A stretch of DNA of 64,000 nucleotides, from the NCBI GenBank assembly GCA_037447605.1, contig CM074810.1, positions 1,770,880 through 1,834,879 on the forward strand. The letters are read 5' to 3'. This DNA is from Zygnema circumcarinatum SAG 698-1b. Taxonomy: Eukaryota > Plantae > Zygnematophyceae. The notes under the pieces are model-generated. The model was given only the letters and a program-made list of their open reading frames with translations, made no database searches and had not been told where the DNA came from. This document shows, piece by piece, positions 24,001 to 35,005 of this stretch. Position 1 is the first letter of the stretch. The number at the start of each line of letters is the position of its first letter. Position numbers and translations under genes: made by a program.

Positions 24001-25379
24001 CACTACAAGTTGAAGAGGGGATTTGAACCCCTTTATTACTGTTTTGCAACAGTTGCGTAACCAATCTGCCACTTCAACTTAATAGGGAGAGGAAAGAATG
24101 ACATACAATCATACACACAACAGAAGCATAAGCAAAGAAACGAGGGGCAAAAGCAAAGGCAACGAAGACAGAGGCAAGGGCAACACAGCAAGGGGCAAAG
24201 GCAAGAGAGGCTGGAGCAAGTGCACGGGAGGCAGAATGCGGAATGCGGAATGCCGAATGTCGAATGCGGAATGCGGAATGCCGAATGCGGAATGGGAAAT
24301 GAAGCAGCAAAAAAAAAAAAATGAATGCTGTTGTGCAGCAAAAAAACAAAATGAATGCTGTAGCAGCAGCAACAAGAGCAGCAAGGGCAGCAACCGCAAC
24401 AGCAGCAGCAGCAGCAGGAGGAGGAGCAGGAGTGGGAGCAGGAGCAGCAGCACAGCAACAGTAGCAGCAGCAGAAAAAGAAGCAGAAGCAATAGGCGCAA
24501 CAGCAGTAGAAAAAGCAGCAGCAAAAAAAAACAGAAGCAATAAGAGCAACAACAGAAGCAGAAGCAACAGCAACAACAACAGCAGTAGTAGCAGCAGCAG
24601 CAGAAAAAGAAGCAGCAGCAGTAGCAACAGCAGAAGCAGCAGCAATAGCAACAGCAGACGCAGAAGCAGCAGCCAGCACCAGCAGCAAGAGCAGCAGCAG
24701 CACAGAAATAGCAGCAGCAGCAAAAAAAAGCACCAGCAAGAAAAGCAGCAGCAACAGCAGCACAGCAATAGCAACAGCAGCAGAAAAAGAAGCAGCAAAA
24801 AAAAACCAGCAGCAGCAGCAGCAGCAGAAAGAGCAGCAAGGGAGACAAGGGAGGCATGGGCCAGGGCGAGGGAGGCAGGGGCAGGTGCAAGGGCAAGGAC
24901 TCACCGCTGCTCAACTCCGCCGTCGTCACTTCGCGTCCTCGCTGACCACTCTCCCGTGGTGCTTAGAGGTCCGTGAGGACGCGGTTGCCGCAAGGTGGGT
25001 GTTGTTGGTGGCAGAAAGAGAAACCCTAGAACTGTGCCAGCACTGAAACGCTGCTCTGCGCGGCGGCGGGTCGCGGCGTCCGGGCGGCGGCGGTGTGGCG
25101 CTCGCACGTGCGTGACGCGCATGGCGACAAGGCGGGGCACGATTCCTCATCGGCGGAAAGCTGGAATTTCGAAACGCAGGGCCTCCGGAGGCCCTGCGTT
25201 TCGGCGAGCAGAATTCAGAAATTTGGGGACATTTTTGTAACCTATTCCGCCGTACGGACGTGACACACAGGTTCGGGGGGAGCCGCGGTTTCCGACCCGA
25301 ATTCTGCATTCGAAATCAATACCTTTTCGCCGGCGAAATCTTTCAATTCCGCCGGCGATGGTCAAGGTCTGACTCCCCC
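21024..25379. mobile_element. 4.36-kb foldback-type TIR element 2, non-autonomous
   Basis: Perfect 26-bp TIR GGGGGAGTCAGACCTTGACCATCGCC at both ends, with TAATA on both flanks (21019-21023 and 25380-25384). Inverted arms span ~21240-22930 and ~23600-25140 (e.g. 21490-21610 is the reverse complement of 24830-24930), with CTG/CAG-rich and GCATTCC repeats. An AT-rich spacer of ~0.7 kb contains a ~90-bp tandem duplication. No transposase ORF is recognisable. Confidence 0.85.
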
Positions 25380-26487
25380 TAATAGGGAGAGAAGCTTGCG
25401 AACATTCAAAGGCAGTCGGTGGCCGCCGCCGTCGTCTACGTGACCCCACCGCGTGGCTGGACCGCTCCCGTTTGGAGCGTCCAAGGTCGCGCGGCCGTTG
25501 CATGCACTCGCATGCAGCCCGCTCCATGTGACTCGCCCTGTTGACGGCAGTTTCGCAGTACCGCACGACAGTCACACGTGTAAGACCACCACGTGGTACG
25601 TTTTCCTGCGCTTGAGGCACACCGCAACCGCCTCACGACACGCCCAAATCGTACGGCGGCCAATCACAGGTCAAGGCCGAATGACTCGCGGCGGAGAGGG
25701 CGGCAAAAAAAAATTGTCGTATGCGGCGTCTGTCGGCGCAGCTGGCAACGCGGCGGCGTAGAGAGCCGTCGCCGGTCAGAGGCCCGCCGGCGGACGGGGC
25801 CCTCACCGGGCAGCCGCAAGAAATTTCCGAAAACAAGCCCGCGGCCGCGGGCGGGAGGGCCTCGCGAGAGGTGAAAACATTTTCAGTGCAGCGACCGACA
25901 TTTAGAGCAATTGTGTTATTTCTTTTCGAATCAACAGAAGAAAAAATGCAGTGTTTTTTTTTCCGCATGCATGCATGGCATGACATATGATACATCACGG
26001 CTCCATCATGCATACATGGCCAAGCCTCATCTAGATACCCGAGTGGAACATTCCATCATCCATTTGGAGTTTGCGGTCATCTTCACTATGAAATTATTTC
26101 CCAAAAGGAGCCCAACATTCGAAATTCTGTGGAGCCCGAGTCCCATAGAAAACTGCACAAGGAAAAGAGAAGCGAGAGAGGTGTAGGGAGGGCGAGATCG
26201 TAGAGAAGGAGAGAGAGAGGGGGGGGGGGGTAGGAGAGGGGAGAGTGAGGGAGAAAGGGAGAGGAAAAGAGGGAGAACGAGAGACACCAGATAGAAGGAG
26301 CGAGGGAAAGTCTGCGAGAGGGAGAAAGAGGGAAGCGAGCGAGGGGGAGAGAACGAGAGAGGGATGGGAAGGAGGAGTGAGGGAGAGAGAGAGAGAGACA
26401 CATTATGGTACACCAAAAGCTTTACACATTTTGCCCTGCTGGAACTCAGCAGAAGCCTCCTTTGATTGGGGTTCATTTTTGTGATTT

Positions 26488-27470
26488 TTATTGAACTTCG
26501 GAAGCAGCTTCCCCTCCGCCCGGGTTGGAGATCCGCTCCAAAGTGGCGGCCACTACTTGGAAATCGTAGTCAATCACTTTTATCCAATTCTCAAAGTCTC
26601 CAAGTTCCTGCACATGCACGTTCGCGAGGGAGAAGTTGATGGGAGAGGGAGAGGGAGAGGGAAAGGGAGAGGAAGAGGGAGAGGGAGAGGGAGTGGGGGG
26701 GGAGAGGAAGGGAAGAGAGGGAGAGGAAGAAGCGGGAGGGAGAGAGAGGAGAGGGGCAGGGAGAGGGAGGACAAGGGCGAGGAAGGGAGGGGGAGGGAGA
26801 GTATGGGCGAGCGAGAGAAAGAAGTACCAAATAAGGCACAACGAGGAGGAGAGAGAGAGAGGGGGAGGGAGAAGGAGGAGGAGCCAAACCCATCCCTTCC
26901 AAATCATCCAGCTCAGGCAAACAGAACCCTAAAAACCGTGCTCCCGCACTACCCGAAACCTTGAACCCCGTCCGCGATAAGCTCCCTCTCCCCCTTCCAC
27001 ACCTCCCTCTCCTCCCTTCCCATCACCCCTCCACCTCTATTTCCCTAAAACCTCCCCAGTAAACCCCTCCCCCTCCCCCCCTGAACCCTTCCCCCTCTCC
27101 CCCTCCCCCCCCCTCCCCCTCCCCCCCTGAACCCTTCCCCCCTGAACCCTCCCCTCCCCTCCCCTCCCACTCCCCCCCTGAACCCTCACCCCCTGAACCC
27201 TTCCCCCCTGAACCCTCCCNNNNNNNNNNCACTCTCTTCACCTCTCTCTCCCTCCCCCCCCTCGCTCTCTCGCTCTCTCGCTCTCTCTACTCGTCCCTCT
27301 CTCTCTCTAGTCGCTCCTCTCTCCCTCTCTCTCTCGCTCTCGCTAGGGTTCCACGCCCACTCACCAGCGGCCTCCTTTAGCAGCGCCTGTCTGTGGCCGT
27401 GCACGACCTGAAGCTCCGCGAACATGGCCCCCGCCTCCCGCCTTGCTCCCCCGCCCGCCGGCTTCTGCAT
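26488..27470 (-). CDS. BLOC1S1: BLOC-1 subunit 1 (BLOC1S1/GCN5L1), partial: only the first and last exons are visible
   Basis: Exon 27365-27470 gives ...MFAELQVVHGHRQALLKEAA with a GTGAGT donor. Exon 26488-26607 gives ELGDFENWIKVIDYDFQVVAATLERIS, the BLOC1S1 C-terminal signature. The phases (1 vs 0) do not join, so one or more exons must lie in the gap at 27220-27229. Confidence 0.85.
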
Positions 27471-27483
27471 CGCCGCTCAGCAC

Positions 27484-27760
27484 TAAACCCTAAACTCAAA
27501 AACCCTAAACCTAACACTAAACCCTTAACCGTGAACTCTTGAACTGGAAACCCTAAATTCTAACCTAAAACCCGACCCTACATGCTAAACCCTACACCCT
27601 AAAACCAAGAACCTGAACCGTGAACCTTTAAGAGGTCAGATTTGTTTTGTTCAATATGCCGTACATACTAAACCTTGAACCCTAAATCCGCAAGTGTATA
27701 TCCTAAAACTTGACCCCTGAACCCTAGAACCTGAGTCCTGAACCCTGAATCCTAGTGCTG
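27484..27760 (+). repeat. Degenerate telomere-like (AAACCCT/GAACCCT) array upstream of BLOC1S1
   Basis: Many copies of AAACCCTAA and GAACCCTGA. Similar interstitial arrays occur at ~9440-9780, 15990-16030, 33370-33660, 39435-39900 and 44660-44740. Confidence 0.85.
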
Positions 27761-28336
27761 CTTCCTAACGGAATCTATGTTACATCATAAGTTGTGCGTG
27801 AACCACTTTCATCTCGTCCAATTTTCATGTGTGATTTCTTGTCAAGTTCTCAGGCCATGAACCTAACGATGAAAATCCCCTTCCTTTTGTCAATTTTGAA
27901 ACACAAACCCTACATACTGAACCCCACTTTTGTACGGTCGTACGGTACTCCGCAAATAGCCTGAAACCGACATGGACGGCAGTGAAAGAATTGTACTTTC
28001 CGTACTTCTTTTACGTACAGTACCACTTTTATCCTTTTGCGACGGGAAAAACGGAGGTTGCTTCTGCAGTATTACGACAGGTATTTCAGAAGAGGTACGA
28101 CACATGGTGCAGATTCCGTGACGGCCCGTTCCAACTGGCTTCAGAACTGGGTGCATAGAAGGGCATGGCTCCAGCGGGGAGGCGGCAAACGGCGCTCGGA
28201 GGAAGAGGACGGCGTCGCACGTACGAGCTTGGAAGTTGCAGCTGCCACGTGGCAAGGCAGGGAGGGCTGGGCAGGGGCGGGAGGGGGAGAAATTGAGGAA
28301 GAGGAGGAAGGTGAAGGGGGAGGGAGATAGGAGGGG

Positions 28337-28370
<34 letters not shown>

Positions 28371-29164
28371 GAGAAGGGGAGAGGGAGGGAGGGGAGAGGA
28401 AGGGACGAGGAGATAGAGGGACGGAGAGAGAGAGGGAGAGAGAGCGAGTGTGGGAGAGGGAGGGAGGGGAGAGGGAGGGACGAGGAGATAGAGAGGGAGG
28501 GAGGGAGAGAGTGTTAAAGTGGGAGAGAGAGGGAGGGGGAGGGAAAGAGAGGGAGAGAGAGGCAAGGGGGGAAGAGGAGATAGAGAGGGAGAAAGAGGCG
28601 GGGAGAGAGAGGGGAATGAGAGTGAGAGAGGGAGTGAGAGAGGGGGAGAGAGTGGGGGAGGGAGAGAGAGAGGGATAAAACGATACGATTGATGGCACGC
28701 ATGATGTGAGGCTCTGCGGTCCTGCAGGTCAACGGACAACGGTCAACGGTTTACTTTTTATTTTTAGATTTGTGAGCACCTTTGTTCACCTTATTTTACT
28801 TCCTGCTCGATTTATTTTTTTCGTTTTCCGTTTCAATTGTTTAATTTCGATTAACGGAAAGTTGATAATATTTCTATGGGCGTCCAGGGAACTCTGAATG
28901 TTGAACTTCTTCAGACTTCAAAACCCTAAAATCCTTAAGCCCTGAGAGCCCTATAGCCCTAAAACCTCTTGAATCCCTATTTTTTTTTTTAAACCAAAAA
29001 GGTTGAATTATCTGATAAAATCAACCCCTCTACATTCCGCTCATCGGTTTATTTTAACCTAATTTTCGTTTGAGTTGAATTTTTTCAACTTTGACCTTTT
29101 GACCTTTCTTCATTCTCTTCTCGATGAGCAGAAACTCTTTACACCCCATTTGTACCCCAATTCA

Positions 29165-32059
29165 ATGGAACCTTTTCAAAATTTGAAACTGGGATCCCGA
29201 GAATCTGCCAAGAAGGCAAAACGGAATGCGGAACTGGCTGACATGGAACGCCTCGAGGTCCTCAATAGCAGGAAAAAATCTATGAAGGCGAATTTGAGAG
29301 CGAAGAGGGCGAAATTAATTTCATATCTGCCCCCCTCTAAGGGGCAGTCTCCTTCGTCTATTTCGGGCAGCGGAAAAAGGAAAAATGTCGTTGGGAATAT
29401 TAAGACGGCTTCCGCCAATACGACCGTGCCAGCTGGCGTATCTGTGGGAGTCGGTGTGGAGGGAGGGAGGAGCGATGGGCGTGAGGAGGAGGGAGGGGAG
29501 AGAGGTGGGAGAGAGAAGAGAGGAGAGAGAGGAGAGCGAGGAGAGGGAGGAGAGGGAGAGGCAACGGTGGAAGAAGAGCAGGGAGAAGAGGGAGAGGGAG
29601 AGGAGAATCGCGAGGAAGGAGAGGGAGAGGGAGAGGGAGAGAGAGAGGGGAAGCGCGAGAGAGGAGAAGAGAGAGAGAAGGGAGAGAGTGCTCTCACTTC
29701 CAGTGGGAAGAGAGTGAGGAGGCCGAGTGTGAGGTTGGGAGAGATAGGAGGGAGCCCAGCAGCAGAGGCTTTAGTGGGACCTTCAAACAAGAAAAAAACG
29801 CAAATTCGGGTAATTGCAAGTTCAAAAAGCGCAAGTTTAAATGCGGTTTTTGTAAATCCTCTACCACTCCCATTAGCTCCTCTCTCCCCCTTTTCTCTAT
29901 CTTCTGTACCAACTTTCCCTCCTTCTCCCTCTCACACTACTCCCTCTGTCCCTCGCCCCCTTTCTCTCCCACCTCCCTCTCCTCTCCCCCCCTCATCTCC
30001 TCCCCCGAAAGAAGCTGCAGGAGAGGCTCCGAATTCGACTTTGGATCCATCTGTCGACCCCACTCGGCAATTATTTTTGAAGCCAAAAAATTTGAAAGCC
30101 CCAAATGGGTTTCCCAACCCCTCGAACTCCTTTCAATCAGAACACAAAATCGATATCGATAACTCGCAATTAGTGGAGACCAAGAACGAGTATTCCCCAA
30201 AGGAATCTTCCTCGCAGTCGCGTGGCGGCTGGAGTGAAGGCGAGAGCGTTTATATGTCGAGCCAGTTTTCTGAAAAAAATAAAAAAATGACTGCAAACGT
30301 ATTTGAATTGCAGTCACTACCGCTTGTGCTCCCCAGGAACAGCGTCACGTCACAGCTAGTCAATGGGGAGGCGCCACGTGGCGGTGAGGGAGGGAAACAA
30401 GGAAGGGAGGTGGGAGGGAAGGAGGAGAGAGAAAAGGGAGGGAAGGGGTTGAGAGAGGGAGGGGTGGAGGGGGGAGAGGCAGAAGAGAGGAAGGAAAGAG
30501 GGGAGGGAGAGGATGGTGGAAGAGGAGGGGGAGAAGGGGGAGAGGCAGAAGAGAGGAAGGAGAGAGGGGAGGGAGAGGATGGTGGAAGAAGAGGGGGAGA
30601 CGGGGGAGAGGCAGAAGAGAGGAAGGAGAGAGGGAAGGGAGAGGATGGTGGAAGAGGAGGGGGAGAGGGGGGAGAGGCAGAAGAGAGGAAGGAGAGAGGG
30701 GAGGGAGAGGATGGTGGAAGAGGAGGGGGAGAGGGGGGAGAGGGAGCAAAGCTGGGAGAGGAAGGAGTGGGGAGAGAGGAAACGGGAAGAGAGGGAGGAG
30801 GGGAGGAGATGAAGGGAGAAGAAACCAGAGGAGGAAGAGAAGGAATGAATGGGAGACAGGAATTGAAGGAAGAAAGCAGTTCTGGAAACGGTAGGAGTGA
30901 GGTTGGTTTGGAGACAGGAGGATTGGTGGAAAAGGGAGGAGCAAGAGGAGGAAGTGTAGGAGGGGCAGAGGGAGGAGAGGGAGGAGGAGGAGAGAGAGGA
31001 GGACAGGGAGGGAGTGAGAAGTTGGGGAGAGAGGGAGGAGGGCGGGAGGATAGGAAGGGAGAAGAGACGAGGAATGAGACGAGGGGAAAAGTAGGAAAGG
31101 AGGAAATGGAGGAAGGAAGCGGCCATGGGCGAGGGAGGGGAAAAAAAAGTGTGGAGGGACGAGGAGAGTGGGGAGAGGGAGGAGAAGAGGAGTGGCTGGG
31201 GAGAGTGGAAAGAGAAGGAGGACCAAGGGAGAGAAGGAGAGAAGTGAGGAAAAAGCAGCGGGAAGGGAGAGAGGTGCAACAGGAAATGGAGGGGAAAAGC
31301 ATTCAGGGAAGAGGGAGGGAGGAGGGTTCTGTGGAGGGAGGTGGGGAAGAAGCCATGTATAGGAAGGCGGAAGGCAGGGAGAGGGAGGGGAAGGGAAAGA
31401 GGAAGGTGGGACCAGTTTCTAAAGCAGTCGAAAGGAAGAGTTTGAGGGAGAAGCAGGGAAGGGAGGGTTTAATGAGTAGTAAAAGCGAGAGGAAAAGTGA
31501 GCTTTTGAATGTGCTTGTAGAGGATGGAGAGGTGATCTTTGGTCCACAAGGGGTGAAGTTAGTGCGCAAGGAGGGGGAAAAAGTGGGAGAGAGAGCGGGA
31601 GAGGGAGGGAGAGAGGGAGAGGGAAAGAGAGAGGCAGGGGAACCGAAAAAGGTTGCGAGTTCAATCGAAGAAGAAGAAGTGGGGCCATCGGCCAATGAGG
31701 TGCCGACAGGTGGCTGCGATTCTGTACGAGAAAAGGCGGCAGACATGCCAGGTGGCGAGCTCCCATTGGTCGAAAGTGAGAGAGCAGCGGAAGCTTCTAT
31801 GAGAGAGGAGCAAGTGAGGAAGTCGGAAGCTCTGATTGGGCAAAAAGGGGGTCTGAAAAACTGGCTTGAAAAATTGGGGCTTGAAAAGTATTACTCGATT
31901 TTATTAAGTAACGAAGTGGATGAAGAAGTGCTGCCTTTTCTCACAATGGAGGATTTGAAAGAGATGGGAATTTCGGCAGTCGGGGCAAGAAGGAAAATTT
32001 TCACTGCGATTTTGGAGCTTGGTGGGCTGAAATTGGGGAAAGAATTGGCACTTGGGTGA
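29165..32059 (+). CDS. Intronless 964-aa protein with a C-terminal SAM domain and a conserved KRVRRPSVRLGEIG motif
   Basis: First ATG at 29165 within the long ORF. The C-terminus LKNWLEKLGLEKYYSILLSNEVDEEVLPFLTMEDLKEMGISAVGARRKIFTAI is a canonical SAM domain. The RRPSVRLG motif is, from memory, shared with land-plant SAM-only proteins. The middle is E/G/R low complexity. Confidence 0.85.
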   Translation: MEPFQNLKLGSRESAKKAKRNAELADMERLEVLNSRKKSMKANLRAKRAKLISYLPPSKGQSPSSISGSGKRKNVVGNIKTASANTTVPAGVSVGVGVEGGRSDGREEEGGERGGREKRGERGERGEGGEGEATVEEEQGEEGEGEENREEGEGEGEGEREGKRERGEEREKGESALTSSGKRVRRPSVRLGEIGGSPAAEALVGPSNKKKTQIRVIASSKSASLNAVFVNPLPLPLAPLSPFSLSSVPTFPPSPSHTTPSVPRPLSLPPPSPLPPSSPPPKEAAGEAPNSTLDPSVDPTRQLFLKPKNLKAPNGFPNPSNSFQSEHKIDIDNSQLVETKNEYSPKESSSQSRGGWSEGESVYMSSQFSEKNKKMTANVFELQSLPLVLPRNSVTSQLVNGEAPRGGEGGKQGREVGGKEEREKGGKGLREGGVEGGEAEERKERGEGEDGGRGGGEGGEAEERKERGEGEDGGRRGGDGGEAEERKERGKGEDGGRGGGEGGEAEERKERGEGEDGGRGGGEGGEGAKLGEEGVGREETGREGGGEEMKGEETRGGREGMNGRQELKEESSSGNGRSEVGLETGGLVEKGGARGGSVGGAEGGEGGGGERGGQGGSEKLGREGGGREDRKGEETRNETRGKVGKEEMEEGSGHGRGRGKKSVEGRGEWGEGGEEEWLGRVEREGGPRERRREVRKKQREGREVQQEMEGKSIQGRGREEGSVEGGGEEAMYRKAEGREREGKGKRKVGPVSKAVERKSLREKQGREGLMSSKSERKSELLNVLVEDGEVIFGPQGVKLVRKEGEKVGERAGEGGREGEGKREAGEPKKVASSIEEEEVGPSANEVPTGGCDSVREKAADMPGGELPLVESERAAEASMREEQVRKSEALIGQKGGLKNWLEKLGLEKYYSILLSNEVDEEVLPFLTMEDLKEMGISAVGARRKIFTAILELGGLKLGKELALG
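30471..30736 (+). repeat. 66-bp coding tandem repeat x4 ([22 protein letters not shown])
   Basis: Units start at 30471, 30537, 30603 and 30669 with few substitutions and keep the reading frame. Confidence 0.9.
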
Positions 32060-33369
32060 GAAGTGGGAAAAGGATTTAAAAAAACATATATGAAAAATGT
32101 TAAAAAGGAAGGAAATAAAAGGGTATGTCTGAGGAATTTACTTAAGTCGAAGGCTGAGAAACATTTCCTTTTTTGTTTCTGGTGGTCTTTCGTTTACTTT
32201 TTTTTTTTTCTGAAATAAAGTTTTATCTGTGTTTTCTTTTCTTTCATTATATGTGGCAAAAGTTGCTATAGTTGGTATCAAAATTTTATGTCCATCAAAG
32301 CCTTGTATTTCGCGGTTTAGGGGTACAACTACGTAAAGGCGTTTTTCTGGACAGATGTGGAGATTTTAATTGTTCTGATTTGTCTCGATTTTCAATAGAA
32401 GCAGAGAATTTTTTTTATATTGTTTTTGGTAATATCATCCGCCCACCACACCTAAAAAAATGAAAATGGCAATCACGAACAAAAATCTCGCAACATTTTT
32501 AGTGAAATTTTCAAAAATTGTCCGTCATAGCGTCTTTGTTATACAAAACCGTTTTGAATTTTTTCAATTTCAAGTTCGATTTCGGCCATTCATTCCAGCG
32601 ACGGGCCACAAAACTTCGTTCCTTCGAACCTGCACACAAACAGCCCAATGAAAACTTAATACGGAAGAACATTTGATAGAAATTGATTCAATAAAAAGAA
32701 CAAGAATAAACAAAATAAGAAAAAACAGTAGATTCAATAGCACCACTTGCAAGCTACTCCATAACCTATCTCTATCCAACTTCCTCCCTCACGCCTCCCA
32801 CCCTTTTCTTCCCTTCCCTACCTCTTTCTCCCTCTCCTCTCTCTCCCTCCCATCTCCCTCTGCCTGCCCCTCCACACTCTCCCTCCCTCCCACCCCTCAT
32901 TTCCCCTCCCTCCTCCCTCTCCCGCCCACTCCTCTCTCCCTCCCATTCATCTCTCTTCCTCCCCCTCCAGTCCCTCCCTCCCTCCCACCCTTCATTCCCG
33001 CCTCTCTCTCCCTCTCCTCTCTCCCCCTCCCATCTCCCTCCGCTTGCCCCTCCACACTCTCCCTCCCTCCCACCCCTTTTTTCCCCTCCCTCCTCCCTCT
33101 TCCTCCCATTCATCTCTCTTTCTTTCTCTTTCATCTCTCTCTCATCTCTCTCTCCCCCTCCAGTCTCTTCCTCCCCCACCAGTCTCTCCCCCACTCCCGC
33201 CTCGCCCTCCCACTCCTCTCTCACCCCCTCCCACTGCCATCTCGTCCTCCCACCCTTCTCTTTCCCCCTTTCCCTCTCTCCTTCCCCCGCAACTGAAGCC
33301 GCCATCGTCTCTACGCAGCACATACCCCATACAAAAGGCCACAACCTCTCCCTCCACCCAAACACAACA

Positions 33370-33660
33370 CTCAACCCTGAACCCTACCCTAAACCCTAAA
33401 TCCTAAACCCTGAACCCTGGACCCTAAACCCTAAACCCTGAAACCGAAACCTGAACCGTAAACCCTAAAACCTAAACCCTAAATCCTGAACCCTGAACCT
33501 TAAACACTGAACCCTGAACCCGAAGCCATGAACCTTAAACCCTACACCCTAAACCCTACCCTGAACCCGAAACCCTGAACCCTAAACCCTGCACTTTAAA
33601 CCCTCCACCCTCCACCTTCCACCCTCCACCTTGAACCCTGAACGCCAATCCTAAAACCCC
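33370..33660 (+). repeat. Degenerate telomere-like array downstream of COX17
   Basis: Dense AAACCCT/GAACCCT variants. Confidence 0.85.
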
Positions 33661-33870
33661 GACACCACAAAGTGCAAAAAACGTGGGAAGGAAAGCAGCA
33701 CTTACTCGGCCAAACAACTGCTCGATTTTCCAATTTTTTCGAGCTCCTCAACGCTTGAACTCGTAGACCTGAACTCTACGGCCTCTAACCCTAAAACTCT
33801 AAACCCTTAAACCCCCATGACCCTGGACCCTGCAAGGTTTACAAAACCCTAAAATCGCGAGCCTTGAACC

Positions 33871-34086
33871 CTAGACGTTGAACCCCTCCCTTCTGAGGCA
33901 CGCCTTGTGCGCTTCAATGAGCTGCTGACACGCATCAGGCCCGTTCTGCGCCACGCATTCGTCCCGCTCCTTTTTTGTTGCCGGGCAGGCGCAGCAAATT
34001 TTTTTCTTCGGGGGGGAGGGGACAGCTGGCGCGCTGCCATCGGCTAGGGACGCCGCCGCAACTTCCGGGGGGGGCTTGGCCGACAT
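33871..34086 (-). CDS. COX17: Cytochrome c oxidase copper chaperone COX17 (71 aa, CDS uninterrupted)
   Basis: KKKICCACPATKKERDECVAQNGPDACQQLIEAHKACLRREGFNV contains the CCXC copper site and the twin CX9C motif. Confidence 0.97.
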   Translation of the reverse strand: MSAKPPPEVAAASLADGSAPAVPSPPKKKICCACPATKKERDECVAQNGPDACQQLIEAHKACLRREGFNV

Positions 34087-35005
34087 GGAACCGGCAGGGT
34101 TCAGGGTCAGAACCTTTAGGGTTTTGGGAAGGAGGGCGATGGGGTCGACTCAAGAAGAGGGTTCAGAGTTTTTCGGAGAAGAGGGAGGATTAAGGGGATC
34201 AAGTATTGAGTCACGACAGAATTATTATTATTACTTTTTTAAACGAAAGAGAAGACAATTCAGGCGCCTTGCTATTTGTTCTTTTTTTTTGGCTTTTTAG
34301 TGAGTGCAGGGCTTAAGCTTTGACAAGGGGAAACACGACGACGTGACATGACGTGACGTGACGAGACGTGACGTGACCCCGATGATCGAGACACGTGGCG
34401 AGAAGCGACTGGTGGTGGAGTAGCGGCTGACGGATGGAGACATTTCCGCGTAGTTTCATGCACAGGTTAGGGCATCTGTTTTGCCTCACCCTGAAACTAT
34501 CGTCTTCAAAACGAGTACTCGAATTGAGCAAACTGTGTCATCTTATTATGTCTGAAAGTACTGTTTCTTTTCAGTGAAAATGCAATCAGGAACTAAGTCA
34601 AAATAAGTACTCTTTTTCGAGATGTCCTTTATATTTTCAACAATAATGTACTGGTTCTTTATATCATGGTCTACCGACAGTCGCGAACCAAAGCTTGACA
34701 CTTGGCATCTTCTGGAGGTTCTCGTTCTTGCACGACACCGTATGGAAAAAATGCACAAAACGACAAAATTATCCGTAGAGCGGCAGTTTTGTAAGGTTCG
34801 TACGTTATGTACGGAACGTACAAGTGGAGTTTCTAGTGTCCGTACGCCAGGTCCGTACAGAAAGCCGCCCTGTCACTTCAGAAACACACTTAGGGTTTTG
34901 TCCTCACGTCACCCCTCCCAGTTTCCAGGGTTCAGGGCCGCCCTTCCTGGTCGCCCATCCTCAACCCTAACCCTTTAACTCTCCGATGGTTCCTGCAACT
35001 TCGCC

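Noticed and set aside
21340-24976. Poly-Leu, poly-Cys and poly-Ser/Gln ORFs
   Set aside because: They are products of CTG/CAG-rich repeats in the foldback arms and are open in several frames on both strands.
25390-26190. Several 75-157-aa ORFs right of element 2
   Set aside because: This is GC-rich intergenic or 3'UTR sequence with overlapping ORFs on both strands and no homology I recognise.
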